Source: Candidatus Cloacimonadota bacterium (GTDB taxonomy: Bacteria > Cloacimonadota > Cloacimonadia > Cloacimonadales > WRIO01). From it: a stretch of 22,459 bases of DNA. Numbering within the stretch: the stretch's first letter is position 1; every line of letters starts with the position of its first letter. Below the pieces are notes generated by a model. That model was not told the origin of the DNA. It did not search any database and was given only the letters and a program-made list of their open reading frames with translations. Made by a program: the position numbers and the translations under genes. Of this stretch, positions 1 to 9,272 are shown piece by piece. The DNA lies in the NCBI GenBank assembly GCA_029564175.1, contig JAKQQL010000141.1, positions 1 through 22,459 of the forward strand, read 5' to 3'.

Positions 1-1
1 A

Positions 2-274
2 AACTACCTTAAGAATAACTGTCATTTGGATAATGAAGAACTTGTTTATGGGTTAAACTGCAAGCTGAGAGGATGGATTAATTATTTTACAATCGAAGGC
101 GTAAGCAGAACCAAAAAGCAGAAAAGACAAATTAGATACTATTTAATGCAAACGCTTTTTAGATTCTATCAACGAAAGAGTCAGCGTAAATGTAAGCTTT
201 ATCGCCAGGGAGCTTTTGAGGTTTTAAAAGCCAGATATGGTTTAATAGACCCAACAGAATACAATTATGTATGA
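2..274 (+). CDS. ltrA: Group II intron reverse transcriptase/maturase, C-terminal fragment (5' partial)
   Basis: The frame is open from position 2 (NYLKNNCHLDNEELVYGLNCKLRGWINYF). LNxxLRGWxNYF is the maturase domain-X motif. The ORF ends without an HNH endonuclease domain. The track's TTG start at 26 is an artefact of truncation. Confidence 0.92.
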   Translation, partial: NYLKNNCHLDNEELVYGLNCKLRGWINYFTIEGVSRTKKQKRQIRYYLMQTLFRFYQRKSQRKCKLYRQGAFEVLKARYGLIDPTEYNYV

Positions 275-309
275 CACTTGTGAATGCTTTTAAACGAAGA
301 CTGAAGAGA

Positions 310-377
310 AAGCCGTGTGCGGGAAAACCGCATGCACGGTTTGATGAGGGGGGCAGGTCGTCCTGCCTCTACTCTAC
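310..377 (+). ncRNA. Group II intron catalytic domain V and branch-point domain VI
   Basis: AAGCCGTGTGCGGGAAAACCGCATGCACGGTTT (310-342) carries the AGC catalytic triad. It is followed by GATGAGGGGGGCAGG..CCTGCCTCTACTCTAC, a domain VI with a bulged A and an AC end. Confidence 0.92.
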
Positions 378-408
378 TGTCATAAGATATTCTGAGTCGT
401 TGCTCGTT

Positions 409-2040
409 TTATCTTCTTTTTCTTTTGGCTTTTGACCAGTTATCGCTAAATTTCCAAATCTCTAACTTAACGCCATCGTGTTCAGTCAGTTCATTCGGCT
501 CGGTTGCTGACCAGTTTTGGGTATTGTTTCTGTCGAAAATCAGGATATGAGCTTCATCAGAACCGCATATCCTGGCATATTCAGCGGTTTGGATCAGGGC
601 ATCCTGACGCACTTTTTCGTAATTTTGTCTCTCATTGATGACTTTCAGTTCCATCACTACTTTTTGATAATGAATCTGATTATTTATGAAATAAGACCAT
701 TTGAGCATGAGGTCTGTTCGTTTACGGGAAACGCCGTACTCTCGATTGATAAAGCCATTGCCATTAGCTACTCTTTGCAGGAATGCCTGGGTAATCAATT
801 GGGGAGCTGCTTCCTGATAGCCGGCAATATGACTTGCCCAGATACCGGAATTATCGTTCCAGAAATCTTTAAAAAGAGTCAGTAAAGTATTGGTGTTAAT
901 ACTGCCGTCGTCATTTATCCAGTCAGGACGATATCTGGCAAGAAACATATCCTGTCCGACTTCAGTTAATTCTCTGGGTATGACTTCTTTGTAAATCAGG
1001 TTAGAAATCTGAAGACCTTTTTTGATTCTTTTTACTAAGCCTAAATCAATACAATAATTAGCATCATCTTCATTATGTTCAACTTCATCTCCCATAATCA
1101 TTGGCAATATTAATCGTCTGACCCTGTCTTCTTTGAGTTTATCAGCCAGCTGATCTAGGTGAGTCTGTCTGGATAAAATTAATCTTTCCTTAGCGATTTC
1201 CAGCATTTGAGGAGTAATTGTTATGCTTCTGTCTCTGTTTTCTCTTATTTCGCTGGTTACTTCATAGGCAAGTGCATTTACCAGCCAGGGTTGACCGTCT
1301 GTATAACTCATTACCAGATCAAAACATCCCTCTTCAAATCTTTGGCCGGTTTCTTTTGTATGTTGGGTATAAAGATTGATGACATCATCCTTACTGAAAT
1401 TTCCCAGTCTGAGTGATTTTGCTTTGATATTGAAGGCAGATCCTCCGGTGATGATATCTTGTCCGCTGGTCTGAATCCGGTAATCTTTGATATCTCTGAC
1501 ACCACATAAGATAATAGTTGATGGGAACGAAGCCGGGCGTTTGTCATAACCGGCTCTGAGTTGTCTCAGAACAGATATGAGCGTATCGCCTACCAGAGCG
1601 TCAATTTCATCAATCAATAAGACAACGGGTTTTTTATACTTTATACAAATATAAGAAATGACACTGTTTAATCCGTTTTCTGCTTCAGTTTTGGAGAAGA
1701 CATCAATCAATGCATCAAAAATGCTGTTATCTTTCATTAAATAAGCTAAACGATTTGCAATTTCAGTGATGATTGCTTTCAACGCAGATTTTATATCATT
1801 TCTGCTCGCCTGTCCTGCTTCAACATTGGCATAAACAGCTAAATATTTGCCTTCATCGTTCAGATACTCCTTTAAGGCGAGAAGAGAACTGGTTTTACCT
1901 GTTTGACGAGGTGCATGTAAAATGAAATACTTTTTTTGTTCAATTAACATCATTATTTCTTCTAAATCCCAACGATGCAGGGGATCCACTTTATAATGTT
2001 CCGGCTGATTCACCGGACCTGCTGTGTTAAAGAATTTCAT
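409..2040 (-). CDS. P-loop ATPase (AAA-like) with C-terminal PD-(D/E)XK-like nuclease domain
   Basis: N-terminal FNTAGP; Walker A APRQTGKTS; Walker B LLIDEID; C-terminal REY..RTDL..VMELK restriction-endonuclease-like motif. RBS AAGGAG lies 6 nt before the ATG. Confidence 0.85.
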   Translation of the reverse strand: MKFFNTAGPVNQPEHYKVDPLHRWDLEEIMMLIEQKKYFILHAPRQTGKTSSLLALKEYLNDEGKYLAVYANVEAGQASRNDIKSALKAIITEIANRLAYLMKDNSIFDALIDVFSKTEAENGLNSVISYICIKYKKPVVLLIDEIDALVGDTLISVLRQLRAGYDKRPASFPSTIILCGVRDIKDYRIQTSGQDIITGGSAFNIKAKSLRLGNFSKDDVINLYTQHTKETGQRFEEGCFDLVMSYTDGQPWLVNALAYEVTSEIRENRDRSITITPQMLEIAKERLILSRQTHLDQLADKLKEDRVRRLILPMIMGDEVEHNEDDANYCIDLGLVKRIKKGLQISNLIYKEVIPRELTEVGQDMFLARYRPDWINDDGSINTNTLLTLFKDFWNDNSGIWASHIAGYQEAAPQLITQAFLQRVANGNGFINREYGVSRKRTDLMLKWSYFINNQIHYQKVVMELKVINERQNYEKVRQDALIQTAEYARICGSDEAHILIFDRNNTQNWSATEPNELTEHDGVKLEIWKFSDNWSKAKRKRR

Positions 2041-2069
2041 GATAAGCTCCTTTATCTCTTCTGTTAGAC

Positions 2070-2098
2070 ATTATAATTACAGATTTAGATATTGTCAA
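2070..2098 (-). promoter_or_regulatory. Consensus sigma70 promoter for the 409..2040 gene
   Basis: The minus strand reads TTGACA-atatctaaatctgtaat(17 nt)-TATAAT, ending about 30 nt upstream of the ATG. Confidence 0.85.
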
Positions 2099-2181
2099 AC
2101 AAAAAATACTGAGCTGATTTGAGTTGCAATGGAATGTGGTGAAAGATGACTTAAAATGTAAAACAAGAAGCAAGATAAAAA

Positions 2182-2255
2182 AACAAAGAGAACCAGAGGT
2201 CACGGAGAGAAAACGGTCTGTAGGGATGGGTGAATCCAGTGCAGTTCATCCGAAA
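2182..2255. repeat. Degenerate copy of the intergenic repeat family with a GTAG-type REP-like palindrome
   Basis: AACAAAGAGAACCAGAG matches 14599 and 14902. GTAGGGATG...GTTCATCCGAAA matches ~14756 and 15066. Confidence 0.7.
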
Positions 2256-2369
2256 ATTTTAAAGAGATGAGATTAAAAAAAAAAGAACTTATTAGAAAAA
2301 CCTATCACGTTATGTAATAGTCGCATAAGAGCATTCTATCTCTAATATTTATACGAATAATGATCAGCA

Positions 2370-2520
2370 GTCGAAGCACCAGAGGTACATCATGTAACAA
2401 ACATGGGGTGTAAGAGTCGGTGCATAAACAAGAATTCCGTAGAAATGACATGTAATTAACACGGTGCGTCAGCACCGTGAGTCCAATCACAAACCTCATC
2501 CAGCACCGTAGGTGTGAAAC
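2370..2520. repeat. Cluster of short REP-like hairpins
   Basis: Perfect CACGGTGC-GTCA-GCACCGTG at 2460-2479, plus the short palindromes AGCACCAGAGGT and GCACCGTAGGTGT, in non-coding DNA. Confidence 0.5.
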
Positions 2521-2753
2521 AAACAAGCCATCACACAAGCTGGTCGCTTGCCATACAATGAACCCCTCTATATATATTACGCGGACAAAAAAGCAGAAAT
2601 CTGTCTTTTTGACATTTTTTATTTTGAAAAACTCTATTCTTTTGCACAAACCTCGTCTATTTTGATTTTTGAAAAGGTCTTTTCGATACCATCCAGAATG
2701 ATATTTTCTGGTCCCCATGCTTTCCTGACATCTTCCGGATTGAGGATTAGATT

Positions 2754-2785
2754 AAAAATAGGTCACAAAATATATTTTGTGACCT
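2754..2785 (-). terminator. Intrinsic terminator closing the minus-strand operon
   Basis: Perfect 26-bp palindrome AGGTCACAAAATATATTTTGTGACCT (2760-2785), followed by ATTTTT on the minus strand, 19 nt after the last dynamin stop. Confidence 0.7.
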
Positions 2786-2804
2786 GAACTATATATGAAC
2801 TATA

Positions 2805-5021
2805 TCAGCTATTTAATGCTTTGAATTCGTTTAATGCTTCTTGATAGATGTTGATATAATCTTCTTTAAATTTTATCTGTTTTTGAATATTTTGAATATT
2901 TTGCTCTACATCTTGTTTAATATTTTCAATAAATGCTTTTGATTGATTATTCAAAATTTCATTGAACTTATTTTTAGATTCTTTAACCTGGTCTGACATA
3001 TCTTGAATAGCTTTTTTTATAGCAAATCCAACTTCATTTTCCAATTTCTCAATTTCATTTTCTCCTTGTACTCTACTTTTCCCAAATATCTTTATGATGT
3101 TATCTGAGTATGTTTCAGGATTTAAATTGATTTCAGGTATTAGAATGTTTTCAATAACATTTCTGACACTTCTTTTTAAAACATTTGAGTCAAAAGAATC
3201 ATTACTTAAATCAGACACATTTTCAATAGAGTTGATTAATTCTTTATAAAATTTGCTATTTTTTTTAATCTTATCTTTTTGTGATTTCCATACAAATTCA
3301 ATTTCATTATTAATTTTATCGATGTATTCTTCAATTTGATTAACTACTGGTCTAATTTTTGCGTAATGTACGGTTTCATAGCATGTTTTTGTTGATCCCC
3401 ATGAAAAGGGATTCCACCATTTTGATGTGCTTACTTCGTATTCGTGTTCTGTCGTTTCAATATTTACTTTTTCGAATTTTCTTGATTCTACTTTCAGTTC
3501 CTTTTGAATTTTACTTAATGAAGAATCCACATCTTCTATTACAGTGTTGAAGATGTCTTCTATCTGGTCTCTAGCTTCTTCTAAATTTTTGGATAGTCTA
3601 TCTGCTTTTGTTCTGAGAGACTGTATATCTTCAGTTTTTAATTCTTCAATTTTTATTGATAAATCTTTACTCATCTCTGATTGGATTTCTTCATAAAGAT
3701 TAAGCTTGGTGATAAGGACATCATTCAGTTTATCTCGTAAAATATTCTCTTTATCAGCTCTGACTTCTTTGAAAATGTGAGACTTAACAGAATCAATGTT
3801 TGATAACTCAATTAGAAAACTTTCATTAATATCCATAAAATCAGGAAAATTTTTTTTTATAAACTCAGAAAACGACTTTTCAACATCATTCCACTGATCT
3901 TCTTTTTTTAATGCCATATTGTAAGACAAACTTGATATTAAGTGAATTTTATAATTGTCCAGAATTTTCTTGTATGTTGGTATCTGTTGTTTTTTTTCTA
4001 AAATAGGAAGTAATGTTTTATTTGCTTGTTCAATCAAGTCTTTTTTTAAATTATTCAGTACATTTCTTAAATTAGCATCTTTTATTCCTTCAGCGACTTT
4101 GTCTCTTAATGCAGAATCAAGTTTTGATCCAAGAATAGATATTCTTGAAATACCTTCGCTTGGTAGGGCATCTAACAAGAAATTACTATCAGCTTGACCC
4201 ATAAATTGCCCACAATAACTTAACAGAAAAGCAATATCACATTTTTTAAGATATTTTTCAGTAATTATCCCTCTTGAAATAATAGGATCATTTACTCCTG
4301 GTGTGTCAACGATCTCAATATCTTTTAATGATTCTAAACTTAACTTCAATTCGACATATTTTGTTAAAGCTGTATATCTTCCTCCTACTCCAACAAACTC
4401 ATTTAATTTGTCAATCAATTGCTCAATTTTCTCGACTTCAATTATTGTAGAACTTTTAGTAATAAGTTCATTTAGATTAGGTATATTTTTCCCCATTAGA
4501 TAAATTTCATTTGCAGCTCGTAATTCTTCAGATATTTTTGATTCAATCTCTTTTCTACTTAAAGTCTGGTTATAATTTTTTGTTAAACTTATTATTTTAG
4601 CTTCTTCAGATTTGTAATTATTATGTAAGTTAATGATATTGTCCCAATCATCTTGATTGTAAAAATGAATAATCGCTTTATTATGCTCAGCATAAGATAA
4701 AATAGTTAAAGCTGCTGTCATGGGGGTTGCTGCCTTTGGCAAGATATCTTTCCCCTCAAAAACTAATGAGTTTAAGAATGATGATTTCCCTGCCTTTACC
4801 TGACCGATTATACCAATACTTAATTTTCTGGATTCTTTTTGTGTTTCGTTAATTTGTTCTTCCAGTTGTTCAGATTCACTTATGATTTTTCGTATTAGCT
4901 TTTTATCAAATATTTCGGTATCGACATTAAGTTTGGATGCCGTTTGCTCATACTTTTGGCAGGTGCTTCTTAATGATTTAAATCTATTTACTAAATCATG
5001 ATTTTTTATAATTTGTATCAT
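2805..5021 (-). CDS. Dynamin-like GTPase (LeoBC/HP0733-like)
   Basis: G1 GQVKAGKSS, G2 LPKAATPMTA, G3 DTPG, G4 SKLD. Long helical stalk with an aromatic tip STSKWWNPFSWG. RBS AGGGG. Confidence 0.9.
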   Translation of the reverse strand: MIQIIKNHDLVNRFKSLRSTCQKYEQTASKLNVDTEIFDKKLIRKIISESEQLEEQINETQKESRKLSIGIIGQVKAGKSSFLNSLVFEGKDILPKAATPMTAALTILSYAEHNKAIIHFYNQDDWDNIINLHNNYKSEEAKIISLTKNYNQTLSRKEIESKISEELRAANEIYLMGKNIPNLNELITKSSTIIEVEKIEQLIDKLNEFVGVGGRYTALTKYVELKLSLESLKDIEIVDTPGVNDPIISRGIITEKYLKKCDIAFLLSYCGQFMGQADSNFLLDALPSEGISRISILGSKLDSALRDKVAEGIKDANLRNVLNNLKKDLIEQANKTLLPILEKKQQIPTYKKILDNYKIHLISSLSYNMALKKEDQWNDVEKSFSEFIKKNFPDFMDINESFLIELSNIDSVKSHIFKEVRADKENILRDKLNDVLITKLNLYEEIQSEMSKDLSIKIEELKTEDIQSLRTKADRLSKNLEEARDQIEDIFNTVIEDVDSSLSKIQKELKVESRKFEKVNIETTEHEYEVSTSKWWNPFSWGSTKTCYETVHYAKIRPVVNQIEEYIDKINNEIEFVWKSQKDKIKKNSKFYKELINSIENVSDLSNDSFDSNVLKRSVRNVIENILIPEINLNPETYSDNIIKIFGKSRVQGENEIEKLENEVGFAIKKAIQDMSDQVKESKNKFNEILNNQSKAFIENIKQDVEQNIQNIQKQIKFKEDYINIYQEALNEFKALNS

Positions 5022-5038
5022 ATCTTCTATCCCCTAAT

Positions 5039-6679
5039 CTAATCTAATGCGTTAAGAAGAGTATTCCATTGGTCTATATAGATTTTAAAATTATCTATTT
5101 GAGATTGTGAAAATTGAATATTAGTGTTTTTTTCATTTGTTAATTTTTCAAGAATTAATGTAAAATTATTCATCTTAACTACAAAGTCATCTTCGATATT
5201 TTTAAAAACTTTATCTTTCAAGGTTTGTAATGAATCTTTTACTTTGCTTCGTAATTCTGCACAAACCTGAGGGATTAGATCATTTTCAATTTTACTGATA
5301 TAGCTCGCGATTCCATTTCCACTGCCTAATCCAAACATCTTTAAGATTTCTGGTAAAAATAGTATTATTATTTCCAGCCATGGCGCAACAACTGTTGTAG
5401 CTAAGCCTAAAGCACCTATCAATGTCTTAAACATTATATTGAATTCTTTTGAAGCTAATTTGCTGACAAGATCAGTTTGATCAGATGGGCTACCAGGGAC
5501 AATTGTTGTTAAACTCTCAAAATTCATATTCAAATTTTCAAAGGTATCTTTTAAAATATTTCTAACAGACTCCTCTGTAGAATTTACAAGCACAGGTCTT
5601 AGTAATTCATTTATACTCATTTTTAAGCTTTCTGTATTTCCGGATTTTAACAAAGTAGCCAATTGATTACTATTTATCTTTAAAGTATTTTTAACTTCCT
5701 TAATGATGTTATCAACTGCAGTAGATGATAATTTGTTTGAAAACTCAATTTTTTCATAATCAATTTTATCTTTAAACTTCTCTTTTTCATGTTCAATCTC
5801 TTTGATTTGACGATCAATTTCTGATACATCAACATCAATATTTTTCAAATATAGCTCAGTTTCTTTCTTAGCTTGAGTTATAGTTGACTTTATACCTTGA
5901 TGTAAAGCTTCATGAACATGCTCATCAAAGTTGACAGATTCAATGATAGAAAGAAAATCTTGAATATTATTATTCATTGTTGATGTTTTACCAACAAATA
6001 TATTACTACTAATTCTTGAGGATATTGTACTTTTGATTTGATTATAGATTTCATTTACCTCTGGATCAGGCTTTTTATCAATTTTATTAATCAATACATC
6101 AATTGACTGTCCATAGCTTAAAATCTCTCTTAAAAAGTTTAGATTAGTTTCTTTAATTGTTCCATCTTCCACATCAACAATCAGAATAAACCTGTTCCCT
6201 CTATTAATATAATTCAAAATTGCTTTATTATGAGTTTCTAGTCCTGAATCGATACCCGGCATATCAACCAATACTATCTCAGGATATTTTTTTAAAACAT
6301 TCTTGTTTAAGTAAACTCTTTGATACAAATAATCTTTAGCATCTATCTTTCCAAGATAGTCTAATGATTTTTCTTCATACTCCGTTTCATTTTTGTACAA
6401 AACCAGTTTATTGGATATCCCATAAACAATTTCTGTTGCCAAGGTAGTCTCTGGGGTGACATTCACACTAAAAATGTCTTCCTCTAAAAACTTGTTTATT
6501 AACGATGTTTTTCCAGCTGAAAATAAACCAATAATTGGTATGACTACTTTAAAAGTATTGACTTTGGCATACAAATCTTTTAATGAGTTTTGTGAGGTAG
6601 CTGTACAATTACAGACATTGGCTAAATCTGAAGCGTCAGTTAGAATTTTCTTATAATTTTCTTGTTTTGATGATAACAT
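5039..6679 (-). CDS. Dynamin-like GTPase (LeoA-like) with hydrophobic paddle
   Basis: G1 GLFSAGKTS, G2 TPET, G3 DMPG, G4 NKID. Hydrophobic paddle ALGLATTVVAPWLEIIILFLPEILKMFG. RBS AGGAGG. Confidence 0.9.
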   Translation of the reverse strand: MLSSKQENYKKILTDASDLANVCNCTATSQNSLKDLYAKVNTFKVVIPIIGLFSAGKTSLINKFLEEDIFSVNVTPETTLATEIVYGISNKLVLYKNETEYEEKSLDYLGKIDAKDYLYQRVYLNKNVLKKYPEIVLVDMPGIDSGLETHNKAILNYINRGNRFILIVDVEDGTIKETNLNFLREILSYGQSIDVLINKIDKKPDPEVNEIYNQIKSTISSRISSNIFVGKTSTMNNNIQDFLSIIESVNFDEHVHEALHQGIKSTITQAKKETELYLKNIDVDVSEIDRQIKEIEHEKEKFKDKIDYEKIEFSNKLSSTAVDNIIKEVKNTLKINSNQLATLLKSGNTESLKMSINELLRPVLVNSTEESVRNILKDTFENLNMNFESLTTIVPGSPSDQTDLVSKLASKEFNIMFKTLIGALGLATTVVAPWLEIIILFLPEILKMFGLGSGNGIASYISKIENDLIPQVCAELRSKVKDSLQTLKDKVFKNIEDDFVVKMNNFTLILEKLTNEKNTNIQFSQSQIDNFKIYIDQWNTLLNALD

Positions 6680-6688
6680 TATATCCTC

Positions 6689-8599
6689 CTATAGATTTTT
6701 TAATTTTTCTAATGCATTAATGTGCCCGTTATTGCTGGCTAAGGTATAAAAATGTTTTGCTTTGCTTCGGTCTTGATGTTTTGATATTCCATACTCAAAA
6801 ATTTGACCAAGAATATATTGTGCTTCAGAATGATTTTGATCAGATGCTTTTTGAAACCAAATAATTGCCTGTTCAATTTCTTCATTGGATTGATAGTATT
6901 CTCCAATTTCAAACTGAGCCTCAGGGTGCCCTTTTTCTGCTGCTAAGTGGTAATATTTGAGTGCTTTATCATGGTCTTTGTTTATGAAATTCCCTTCGTT
7001 ATGCAATTCTGCAATTTTAAACATGGCATCTGGATAGCCTTCTTCAGCAAGCTGATAAAACAAATTAATTGCATTTTCTGTTTCATTATGATTATAAAGA
7101 TAATCCATCGCTTGTCTGAATAAGATTTTAGGTGTTTTTTTTTCATTTTCAGAAATGATGCTTTCTATCAAGTTAAATTGATTCATCAATATTCTTTTGA
7201 TTTTAAAAAAATCAGTTTTTACCTCTAAGAAAACTTTTTCTTTTTCTTTGATATCTTTTAACAAATCATTGATTAAATCTTCTGCAAAATCATCGCTGGT
7301 TCTGTTATTTATCTGATTCAAGACTCTTTTATAATTTTTATTTAACATGTCCTGACTTTCGAAATAATGATCATATTCATTTAAAATTTGGTTTAATTTC
7401 AGTTCAATACTATTAGTATCTCTGAACGAGTCCCTGTTCATTTCATTAAGATAGGATTTTATCAATTCACTGTTATACTCTTTATGGTTTGCTGAAGAAT
7501 ATGCGACTACCCCATAAAAAGGTAGATTTTGTTGAATGATGGTTTGTTCTACTTGTTTTACAATCATATTGATGTCACTATCATTTTTTTTGTCGGCTTT
7601 GTTTACAATAAAGACTATTGGATTTTTGTAGTTCATACTTTTAATAAATGAGATATCACTGTTAGGTAATGTCCCTGATTCTATATCAATCAGCCAAAAG
7701 AGTGCATCTGTATTTTCCAGTTGTTTTTTTGCTTTATAGTAATCAGTATTTTCTTCAGGCATATCTAAGTCAGGTTTACTATAGCCAGGAGTGTCTAATA
7801 TAACGATATTTTCGTGATTAATATTTTTGGTTCTGACTACAGCGAAATCTATTAAGGAAACTGTATTTAATGATATTGACTGATTGTGTGTTATTGATTT
7901 AAACTCTTCTTCTGTAATTTCTATAAGATTATTTGTGGCAGTTTTAATTTCTATAGAATTACTGTCAGAATTTATAAGATAAGTTGGGATAGCAGTTGTA
8001 GGAGTAACATTTCTTGGGAGAATGTCAAAATTAAGAATTGAGTTTATAAATGATGATTTACCTGCACTAAAGCCCCCTCCAACACCAATTACCGTTTTAT
8101 TTGCAATAAATTTCAGATTTATCAATTCTTCTATTTCTTGAATTACCTTTTGAAGTTCTTTAAAATTTTCAGTATTTTTCTTATATGAATCTTTCCGGGT
8201 AAAGTTTAAAAAATCATTTAGGATTATTTTTTTAAATCTATCAAGCTCAGTTTGTAGATGGTTTTCTTTATCAGGATAATAACTTACAATTTTACGAATC
8301 AGATCAAAAGAATTAACGATTTTTACTTTTTCTTTTTTTTCTTTTTCAATACTTTCAGATAAACTTTTTGATTTTTTGTTTAGTGAAGTAATTGAATCTG
8401 TATATATACAAATCAGCTGATTTACATCTGTTACAAAATCATTGATGATAGTTTCTATTTTTATAGAGTCATTTTTATGTGTATTATAGAGCTGATGAAA
8501 GCCTTTTACTTTCTCTATGACTTTTAAATCATTTTCTGAAAGAGCTGTCTCTTTTTTTATAATATCAGTATCCTCAAAATCATCGTGAAGTCCAAACAT
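6689..8599 (-). CDS. Dynamin-like GTPase fused to C-terminal Sel1 repeats
   Basis: N-terminal coiled coil; G1 GGFSAGKSS, G2 TPTT, G3 DTPG, G4 NKAD. About 4 Sel1 units (AEEGYPDAMFKIA, AAEKGHPEAQFEIG, ASDQNHSEAQYILG, ASNNGHINA). RBS AGGAG. Confidence 0.88.
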   Translation of the reverse strand: MFGLHDDFEDTDIIKKETALSENDLKVIEKVKGFHQLYNTHKNDSIKIETIINDFVTDVNQLICIYTDSITSLNKKSKSLSESIEKEKKEKVKIVNSFDLIRKIVSYYPDKENHLQTELDRFKKIILNDFLNFTRKDSYKKNTENFKELQKVIQEIEELINLKFIANKTVIGVGGGFSAGKSSFINSILNFDILPRNVTPTTAIPTYLINSDSNSIEIKTATNNLIEITEEEFKSITHNQSISLNTVSLIDFAVVRTKNINHENIVILDTPGYSKPDLDMPEENTDYYKAKKQLENTDALFWLIDIESGTLPNSDISFIKSMNYKNPIVFIVNKADKKNDSDINMIVKQVEQTIIQQNLPFYGVVAYSSANHKEYNSELIKSYLNEMNRDSFRDTNSIELKLNQILNEYDHYFESQDMLNKNYKRVLNQINNRTSDDFAEDLINDLLKDIKEKEKVFLEVKTDFFKIKRILMNQFNLIESIISENEKKTPKILFRQAMDYLYNHNETENAINLFYQLAEEGYPDAMFKIAELHNEGNFINKDHDKALKYYHLAAEKGHPEAQFEIGEYYQSNEEIEQAIIWFQKASDQNHSEAQYILGQIFEYGISKHQDRSKAKHFYTLASNNGHINALEKLKNL

Positions 8600-8610
8600 A
8601 ATTTTCTCCT

Positions 8611-9255
8611 TTACTTTTCTGTATCAATTGTAAATCTGATTTCAACTCTTCTATTTGCAGCATCTGAAGGATTTTCTTTGTTTACCGGGCAGGAATCACC
8701 ATACCCTGTTACAATTATTCTGTTAGCAAGCTCTTTATCTAATGTTCCAATGATATGTTTTCGGGCTTCTCTGGCTCTGGCTGCTGATAAAGTAAAATTA
8801 TCATCATATACAGCACCATAAGTTTCAATATCAATTACAGGTTTTAAAACAGGAAGGTTATCGGTATGACCTTCAACCAAAATTTTCCCATTAGGTACTT
8901 GTTTAAGAAACTCAACAATTTTATCCTGAGACTTCAAAAAGGCTTTTCTGGCTTTTGGAGTTATAATGGCACTTCCCCTTTCAAACAAGCCATCTTTAAA
9001 AGAAATCTTGCTTTCGACAAAATTGAATTCAGCAAGTGTTTCAAGGTTTTCATTTTTTAAAGACTCTTTCATATTATTAAAGATATTTTCAATAACTACC
9101 TTTTGATTGGCAACACTTTTACTTAATTCTTCCTTATACTTGATTTCTGCATAAGTCTGCTGTAAAACTGAAACAACGAGAAGTAACATTACGACGGCTA
9201 CCACACTGGCCATTAAATCTCCAATAGAGACCCATTCATTACCGTTATCTTTCAT
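8611..9255 (-). CDS. zorB: ZorB-like MotB/OmpA-family peptidoglycan-binding motor subunit
   Basis: Single TM WVSIGDLMASVVAVVMLLLVV with the conserved ion-binding Asp. OmpA_C motifs FERGSA, VEGHTD, NFTLSAARA, GYGD, NRRVEI. ATG 9255 (GGAG 9 nt upstream) is preferred to the track's TTG 9270. The symbol is assigned from architecture and context. Confidence 0.82.
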   Translation of the reverse strand: MKDNGNEWVSIGDLMASVVAVVMLLLVVSVLQQTYAEIKYKEELSKSVANQKVVIENIFNNMKESLKNENLETLAEFNFVESKISFKDGLFERGSAIITPKARKAFLKSQDKIVEFLKQVPNGKILVEGHTDNLPVLKPVIDIETYGAVYDDNFTLSAARAREARKHIIGTLDKELANRIIVTGYGDSCPVNKENPSDAANRRVEIRFTIDTEK

Positions 9256-9272
9256 ATTGATATACTCCAAAA

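Larger units (their letters stand above)
1..377 (+). mobile_element. Group II intron, 3' portion (truncated by the window start)
   Basis: Maturase domain-X ORF end, followed by a canonical domain V hairpin, a domain VI hairpin and a 3' terminus ...CTCTACTCTAC at about 377. Confidence 0.93.

Noticed and set aside
1..377. Retron, DGR or defence-associated RT linked to the operon
   Set aside because: The domain-X motif and canonical domains V/VI identify an ordinary group II intron.
2305..2787. ORFs 2305..2718(-), 2477..2665(+) and 2548..2787(+)
   Set aside because: They overlap one another across REP-like hairpins and the terminator, have atypical Cys/Phe-rich composition, and show no recognisable motif.
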